Origin: Octopus bimaculoides
Lineage: Eukaryota
Assembly (NCBI RefSeq): GCF_001194135.2
Contig: NC_068998.1
Span: forward strand, 17,705,546-17,769,545
Reading direction: 5' to 3'
Length of the DNA stretch: 64,000 nucleotides
The notes beneath the pieces were generated by a model. The model did no database searches and had not been told where the DNA came from. It saw only the letters and a program-made list of their open reading frames with translations. The position numbers were made by a program, and so were the translations under genes. Positions 55,608 through 64,000 of the stretch are shown piece after piece; position 1 is the stretch's first letter; each line of letters begins with the position of its first letter.

Positions 55608-58600
55608 ATCATTTAACTTCAAGATTTTGATGATGTGGCAGTTTATTTTTAGAATGACAGTGTGTCCTTCAGAAGCCAGTGCCACATAAATAGTACCCAG
55701 CACATTCTGTTAAGTGGTTGGCATTAGGAAGGGCATCCAGCCATAGAAACCATGCCACAACAGACAGCTGGAGTGCAAACAGCTCCCTGCTCGCCAGGTC
55801 CATGTCAAACCATCCAACCCATACCAGCATAGAGAGCGGACATTAAACAATGATGGCAATGACAATGATTGTATTGTATTAAAGGCTAAATCTGGCTGGT
55901 TTGAACATAAAACAGGCAAAATATTTTGGCCAGATATGGCCAGTTTCAATGCTAAAGAGATGATACTGGACTGTTTGCTTTGCACACAATTTAACTATCA
56001 TTCTTTTTTAAGATAATATGAATGAAAAGGGTACGTGGTTTTGAAGCAAATATTTGTACAAAGAGCAAGCATCATCTTTAGCCTCATTTTTATATACAAG
56101 TGCAGGCATGGCAGTTTAAGAAACTTGCTTCCCAATCATATGATCACAGGTTCAGTTCTACTGCACAGCACCTTGGACAAGTATCTTCTACACTTCTACT
56201 ATAGACTCGGACTGACCAAAGCCTTGTGAGTGAATTTGGTAAATGGGAACTGAAAGAAGCCTGTTATGTATGTGCATGTGTATGTGTGTGTACACCCTTA
56301 TCTTGATATCATGTGACAGTCATAAATAAGCATCACCATCTTACAAGTACTATTGTTCATTTCCAGTCTTCTGTGATAAATGTTTGGGCTATGGGGAAAT
56401 ATTACTTTGCTTGGAAACAGATACAGGTTGGTGACAGGAAGGGCACTTGGCCATAGAAAAACTTGCCTCAACAAATCCCATCTAACCCATGCAAGCATGG
56501 AAAAGTGGACATTAAATTATAATAATTAAGTTTTATATACAGGATTAAGTTAATTGGGTTCCTTTCAATATAACATTTCTACTAGTGGCCATTCTTCATC
56601 TTTGTTGAGAACCAGCATCCTGGAAGCAGGGATCAGGCTGTACCACATTTTGTCTTCTTTGATCTATTTTTCACTCAACCATTATTTTTTATACACATCA
56701 TATGTCCATTATAGTGCAATCTTTTCCCCTACCCACACAACAGCTGATATCTCTAAAGTTCAGTTTTTTTTTTTATCCTTTCAGTATATCCTTCACATTT
56801 AGAGCCCATATCTCACTATCATGCACTACTGCACTTCATATAATCTAACTTTATTTGAAGAGAGAAGCCCTTTGTTTCCAAGAGGTAATAGCTTTCTGAA
56901 CTTTTACCACCCATCCTTACACTAGCTACTGTTCTTTTGTAACACTCACTTCTCATAGTGAGTCATTATAACAAAATTAAAAAAATTACAACTAACTTGC
57001 AGTTGAGTAGGTAAGGTGGGGGAGAATGAGAGAGACACCAAAGTAAGACAAAGGAATATCTATTACACCAGAACATAATACAGTTTTGCAACAGGATTTC
57101 AACCAATCACTCAACAACAATGTGTCACATAGCCCAACTCCCTTTTGACCAGTAACACTCGGAACTAATCACTCAAATATACACACCTTCCCAGCTTCAC
57201 AATATTTGCATGTATTAATGAGGTCTCTAATTAACTCCACTATCCCAAAGGAATTGTCATATCTTCAACTGTCTCTTTAATGATTTGCTATCTGCAAAAC
57301 AACTATTTGAATTACAAGTGTGTGTGTGTGTGTCTTTTACTTCTTTCAATCACCGGAATGTGGCCATGCTGGAGTACTGCCTTGAAAGGTTTTTCCTTCA
57401 TTTCACCCTTTTAGTCCAAACAATCAGCCCCGGTACTTATTCTATCAGTTTCTTTTGCCAAACTGCTAAGTCACAGAGACATAAACAAACCAACACCAGT
57501 AGTCAAGCAGTAGTGGAGGACAACAAACGCAAAGGCACACACACAAAAAATGGGTTTCTTCCAGTTGCCATCTATCTATTTACTCACAAAGCTTTGCTTA
57601 GCTCAGGGCTATAGCAGAAGACACTTGCTTGAGATGTCACACAGTGGGATTGAACCCAGAGTCAGGTGGGTAAGAAGCAAATATCACACAGCCACACTTG
57701 CACCTCAGCCTTGCACCAAATATCATAAGCAACCTTTTGTTCTAAAATCCACCTTATTTTGAAACTTCTAAAATGCTTACAACTTCAACTGAAATTCCAT
57801 ATTAACTAGCATACTTAACCATCTGAATAGTCCTTAATGTTTGAGGCATGACCATTAAGTGACATGAATCTAACTTCAAAACTGAAGTGTGTCAGCTTAG
57901 GTTTATGAACATCCTGCATGTTAAACAATGAAGCTTTTCATGACCGTATTTCTGATGAAATAGTCTATCCATGTTTCACAAGGAATTTGAAGAGATTTAG
58001 TAGAATTAACTTTCACATCATTAAGCAGATGTTTGGAATGTAAAGAGTTCTTACACAAAATAAGGACAGGCTTATAATAAAACGTTAACACTTCAATACA
58101 AGAGGTTCTGAATCAAAGTAATATGTTCTACTGTACTCATTCCTTCATTATCTCCTTTGTGAAGCTTAGTGTCTTGGGATTGGCCTTCAGTACTTCATTC
58201 CAGGTTTTCCTGGTTCCCCCTCTTCCACAAGTTCCATTCACCAATCACTGATCCTGCTTAATGTCCAAAACTATTCCAGCACCAAGTCTAAGTCACCATT
58301 TCAAAAGAAGTTTAAATTACAACCGAAATTATCTGCATAAACATCAAGATTTTTTTTTTTTTCCTTTCTCTTAATTAAACAGCACAGGCATGGCAAGGGG
58401 TAGACATGGCTTATGTTTAAGAAGCTGTGTGGTAAGAATATGCATATATATCTATGCGTATGTCTGTGCTTATCCCACTTGACAACTGGTGGTGGTATGT
58501 TTACATCCCTGTAACTTAAAGCAGCAGTTTGGCAAAAGAGACTGATAGAATAAGTGCCAGGTTTTAAAAATTAAATACTAGGGTCAATACATTCCACTAA

Positions 58601-59851
58601 AAATTCTAGGCAGTGCCACAGCATGGCCTCAGTTCAATGACTGAAACAAGTATATANNNNNNNNNNNNNNNNNNNNNNNNNNNNNNNNNNNNNNNNNNNN
58701 NNNNNNNNNNNNNNNNNNNNNNNNNNNNNNNNNNNNNNNNNNNNNNNNNNNNNNNNNNNNNNNNNNNNNNNNNNNNNNNNNNNNNNNNNNNNNNNNNNNN
58801 NNNNNNNNNNNNNNNNNNNNNNNNNNNNNNNNNNNNNNNNNNNNNNNNNNNNNNNNNNNNNNNNNNNNNNNNNNNNNNNNNNNNNNNNNNNNNNNNNNNN
58901 NNNNNNNNNNNNNNNNNNNNNNNNNNNNNNNNNNNNNNNNNNNNNNNNNNNNNNNNNNNNNNNNNNNNNNNNNNNNNNNNNNNNNNNNNNNNNNNNNNNN
59001 NNNNNNNNNNNNNNNNNNNNNNNNNNNNNNNNNNNNNNNNNNNNNNNNNNNNNNNNNNNNNNNNNNNNNNNNNNNNNNNNNNNNNNNNNGGCACATGAGA
59101 TGCACCATTTTGAGCGTGGCCGTTGCCAGTACCGCCTGACTGGCTCCCGTAGGATTTTCGAGTGAGATCGTTGCCAGTGCCCCTGGACTGGCTTGTGCGG
59201 GTGGCACATAAAAGACACCATTTCGAGCGTGGCCGTTTTCGTGCGGGTGACATGTAAAAGCACCCACTACACTCTCTGAGTGGTTGGCGTTAGGAAGGGC
59301 ATCCAGCTGTAGAAACTCTGCCAAATTAGATTGGAGCCTGGTGTTGCCATCCGGTTTCACCAGTCCTCAGTCAAATCGTCCAACCCATGCTAGCATGGAA
59401 AGCGGACGTTAAACGATGATGATGATGACAGACCATTTAAGCATAGAATGAGAGGTAGTAGAAACATGCATGATACTGATAGTTTATCATTATATCATCA
59501 TCATCATCCTTTAACATCCATTTACCATGCTGGCATGGGCTGGACAGTTTCAGAGCTGGGAAACAGGAGAGTTGCACCAGGTTCCAGTATGATTTGGCTT
59601 CGTATCTATGATTAGATGTCCTTTCTAATTAATGGCAGCCACTTTACAGTGTGTTGGGTGCTTTTAGCATGTCACTAGCATGAGTGCTTTTACACAATGC
59701 CGGTACAGGGCCCAAGTCATAGATCGACTTTGAAACAGTTTTACATTTGAAAACTTCAGGATCCAAACTGAGCACCATGTGAAATGCTCAACTATTTGCA
59801 TTGAATCTACCAACTAAATGCATTTTGTAAACTCCTATATTTCTATCATAA

Positions 59852-59899
<48 letters not shown>

Positions 59900-61748
59900 C
59901 AACATACAAATAAAAAATATATATAACTCATGCAAATAAATATAAATTTCAATCATGCTGTCAAAGATTAGATATCAGAGTATGTTGCAGACAATGTATA
60001 TTAAAAATTCACAAGAAACTCCAGCTTTCAGACGTGAGCAAGTCAGATTTAATAATATACCTGCATAAAAAATCAATAATCTGTCACTTTTCTTAGCAGT
60101 CATAAAGCAAAGAAATATTTATTATAACATAATCAAAATCATGGTTTACTGAATTTTGGTCAAACATAAGTTTTGAAATTAACTAAAATGTTCACAACTA
60201 CCATGTCTGTCATTTCATTTCAATCCCAAATTAAAATCCCAAGTTTTAGGAAAAAAAACATTATTTATACCAAAACACGCTCTCTTTTCAAATTGACACC
60301 TAACTAGTTTTTGCTGTGAGCAAGTGTGAAACAAGTTTTCTTTGTTTTTTTTTTTTTAAAATATAACACACAGATATCTACATACAGGTGCTGCATAATT
60401 AACAAGTTTACTTTGTAACTGTGTAGTTTCAGGTTCATTCCCACTGCATGACACCATGCACGGGTAGACCAATACATTGTGAATGAATTTAGTAGGTGAA
60501 AACTGTATCCAGATGTTGAGGAGTGGTCCATTCTGTGAAAGACTAGGGGAATAAGAACTTTAGTTAAACACAAGTAAATCTGGTCACAGTATGGAAAAAG
60601 CAAGCATAAAAACAATGCTCGAATCAACGAGCCATGTGCCTTATAGGTTGAATAAAAGAAGCGAAACTGAGCCTGGAGTTCTACACACACGCCATGCCAT
60701 TCAGGGGCTTCACTGTCAGCACCTTCCTCACTTTGGTATTTTGTGCTATGCTCCTACCACACACCTATGAACTCCGTTCTATAACACTGCACTTTCTTTC
60801 ACAAAATCCATTTTTATTCTCTAACCCTAAAATTATCTTGATCTCTCCTGAACTGTCTCATCTTTCCTTCCAAAAAAACTGAAAATCAATAGGACTTTTT
60901 GGTTCAGAACTCTCATCCTCAACCACATTCAGCATGGAACCTTCAAATACTTCCGTCTCAAATCTTGTTGCCACATTATCTACTTTAACTGTACTTCTTG
61001 CCTCATCTACTGCTTTGCTTCTAAACAAGAGAGAAGCCTCCATGTGCTCATTTGACATGGTAGAAATAGCAACCAAATATCTCTCAAATCAAAAAAAAAA
61101 AAAATGGATATATTGATAAACTATGTCTGAAAATATGACAGGCTGGTCAAGGCTAGGATGCCATTGATCAAAGCTAAAGCAATTAAGGCTGACTTAGAGC
61201 TAAACAACAAGTGGAAGCTTTGCAAAACACTGTATGCAGTCAAAGTGGGCATACTCCCAACATCATCTTGATATCTGTAACAATATTCAGGGTGTCTCCA
61301 AAACTGTGGCCTGACATTTCAATTTGTCAGGCCACTTTACAGATTAATTTTCAGTTTGTGAGATCATCTTACGCTCACAGACACAAGTGTGTCATCATCT
61401 TTGGCATTTCTAATCTCTCAGTAAATGTTTGTTTTACCTTTAAATTCTAGCCCAAACCTTCACTTAGCATATTCTTCTTTCATCTGCTACTTTATATCTC
61501 TACATCTGCACATAATCATATATAGTTTGTTAACTAGTGTACATCCATGCCTTACACTTCCCTTGTCCCCTAATTATTACATCAACAGGTCTCTCTCTCT
61601 CTCTCTTGATCCTCTCATCTCTTCTGCTACACCTCATTTTCTCCTATCCTAAATTATCTCTTCACATACACCTCTCTCTCGCTTTTTATTAAAATTTTTT
61701 TTTTTATACACACACCTTAGTGTCTGGGTATATGTATTCATGTATATA

Positions 61749-61931
61749 CAAGGAAGTGTAGAAAATTTCCTGGCTTTGGGTAAAAGAAAATACAGGAAGA
61801 TCAGTTAATTATGATTTTATCCAACATATTCCTCTCTCAGATACATTTATTGCAGTGGTTCTTTAGTTTTTCTAAGCCCTCTAACCAGGCATTTCACAAT
61901 ACCCTTAAAGCCAGAAACTTTTCAGCAATCC

Positions 61932-61935
<4 letters not shown>
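61749..61935. mobile_element. Mariner-type MITE, same family as 50427-50643
   Basis: Shared internal sequence (gtaaaagaaaataca..gatcagttaa..atgattttatccaacatattcc); TA flanks, right one running into (TA)n. Confidence 0.75.
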
Positions 61936-61973
<38 letters not shown>

Positions 61974-63159
61974 CATAGAAACATGTTTACATATGTATTT
62001 CTCTATTAGTTGCCATGCTTATATGCAAATCCTGTATGTTATCTTAATGGAACTCTGGTTTAAGCACCCCATATAATCCCTCATTGTTTTTTTTTGGGGG
62101 GGGGGGAATTTTTGCAAATTTATGCTCTTTTAAAGTTTTTAAAATTCTCACACACCCTCCCCAATAAATCCTATTTTCACTTTCCTACTCCAACTCAAAA
62201 ACTTGCTGTTTATAACAGACTTCTCATCACAATCACAATTTATGATAAGGAAATGGTTTGGGTTCAGCTGCAGTGTGTGGTATCATTGGACTTAGTGTTT
62301 TTTACTATAGCCCCAGATTAAACAAAGCTTTGTGAGCGGATTTGGTAAATGAAAAGTGAAAGGAGCACATAAAATGTGTGTGTGTGTGTGTGTGCGCGCG
62401 CTTGTCTTGACATAGCATGAGAGGTAAACTTTGCTTGTAAAATAAGTGAGGGTTAGTAACAGGAAGGGCATTTGACCAGAGGAAACTCATCACTTCGTCT
62501 GAATCATGCACAAGTGGAAAAGTGGACATCAAAATAATGATGATGATGATATTAACATCTCTTATCAGTAAACTAATCCCAAAGCAATACAAAAAACTTG
62601 TACAAAAGAGACAGTTGGCAGAGGAATTAATAGATATAGAAACGAGATAAGTAACTTCATATATTGAATGTGCAGATAATAAGGGCAGATTATAAATACA
62701 AATTCTTATCAGTAAGCATTAATTCTGGTTTAAAAAAAAAAAAAAAAAAGCAGTTTTTACACAAAGCATAGTAAATAACTGATCTAAAGGAAGTTACCTA
62801 AGATACGTAATTAGTACTGGGAACAGAACTAGTATTAAAACAAGAGCTTCAGTCCATGTAGTTAATTCCTTTCTCTGAATGGAATGAAAACTACATGAAA
62901 TGAGAGTTAAGCCTAACTTAATATGAAGCATTGTGAATGAGAGGAGTTGAGTTATTAGATTGGTGTGCTATGCTAAAGTTATGAGATAAACAATTCATAA
63001 AGATATATGAACAAAATACTTTGATAAGGATCAGTTACATAACAAGTAAATGGCAAATAAGTGAAGCTGTAGGCCTTCCTGTCTTCTTTGTAAGCAGTTT
63101 GCTTCCTAACCACATGGTGCGGGTTCAGTCCCACTCCGAGGCACTCTGGGCAAGGGCGG

Positions 63160-63467
63160 AGACGGACTATATGTAATCTGAACCTATCCCCTCCTTATTC
63201 ATTTATTTTTTTTTACGGAATCCCACGTTTTAGGCTATGGAGATTCCGATTCTGAAAAAAAAAATTTCAAAAATCTCAAATTCAAAATTTCGAGTTAGGG
63301 TTAGGTTTACCCTGTGGATCTATATAAAAACCGGTGGGGGAGGGAATCGAAATTTTGAAATTGAGATTTTTGAAAAAAAAATTTCAGAATCGGAATCTCC
63401 AACGTGGGATTCCGTAAAAAAAATAATAATAAGGGGGAGAAAGGTTCAGATTACATATAGTCCATCT
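63160..63467. mobile_element. Foldback element / long-TIR MITE inserted into a SINE
   Basis: Arms 63160-63293 and 63347-63467 are reverse complements apart from small indels; 53-nt spacer. Confidence 0.8.
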
Positions 63468-64000
63468 GGACCGAAGGCCATCGTGTGTGTGTGTGTGTGT
63501 GTGAGTTTGTCCCACCCCACACCGCTTGACAACCGGTGTTGGCGTGTTTACGTGCTCGTAACAGAGGTTCGACAAAAGTCCGATAGAATAAGTGCTAGAC
63601 TTTAAAAAAGTAGGCCTTCTTTCGGCCAAATATATACCATCACTTTAGGGAACAATAAATATATATAACTTCGGCTTAAAGAGTCTGACGAGCCGCCCAT
63701 TGGGCTAGGCGCTTTATGGATGTGAAACCATTGGTCACTATGACCAGATATAAACTTAACTGCACACACACACAATATAAAAAACTATATTTTTCATCAA
63801 TCAGTGCTGTTAAAGACATTGACTTAAAATTGTACGCACACACACAATATATATATATATATAAAGAATACATAACAAAAACAGGTAGGTTTCAGTATTT
63901 CCTGTTGTGAACATTAATGGAAATACTAATATGAAAAAAATCCACTTCATTTTTGACAATACCTTGCTAAGTAAATTTAAAAAAAAAAAAAAAAAAAAAA

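Noticed and set aside
60858-61076. 72-aa minus-strand ORF (KAVDEARSTVKVDNV...) as KIF23 exon 1 or another gene
   Set aside because: No suitable phase-2 donor and no similarity to the KIF23 N-terminus; may be decayed LINE sequence, but I cannot show it.

Overview
AT-rich, microsatellite- and retroposon-dense animal genomic DNA with six N gaps. The repeat families resemble octopus (coleoid cephalopod) repeats; this species call is inference. One protein-coding gene dominates: a minus-strand kinesin-6, KIF23/MKLP1 (Pavarotti/ZEN-4 orthologue). I reconstructed it by hand as 22 GT-AG exons from 55031 to 11717. They total 2614 nt, phases are consistent at every junction, and they give 870 codons plus a stop; the ATG exon was not found and probably lies right of the window. 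Introns and flanks hold a 5'-inverted RTE LINE, a full-length dead mariner, TTAA-, TA- and 8-bp-TSD MITEs, Helitron-like ends, a foldback element and many modular SINEs. I found no evidence of a wholly new multi-gene system. The best leads are a candidate 18-nt microexon in the motor domain, a dead tandem copy of the switch-I exon with all CpGs deaminated, the twin-priming-like RTE, a pre-miRNA-sized intronic hairpin and a long foldback element. Repeat boundaries are approximate unless a TSD is given.
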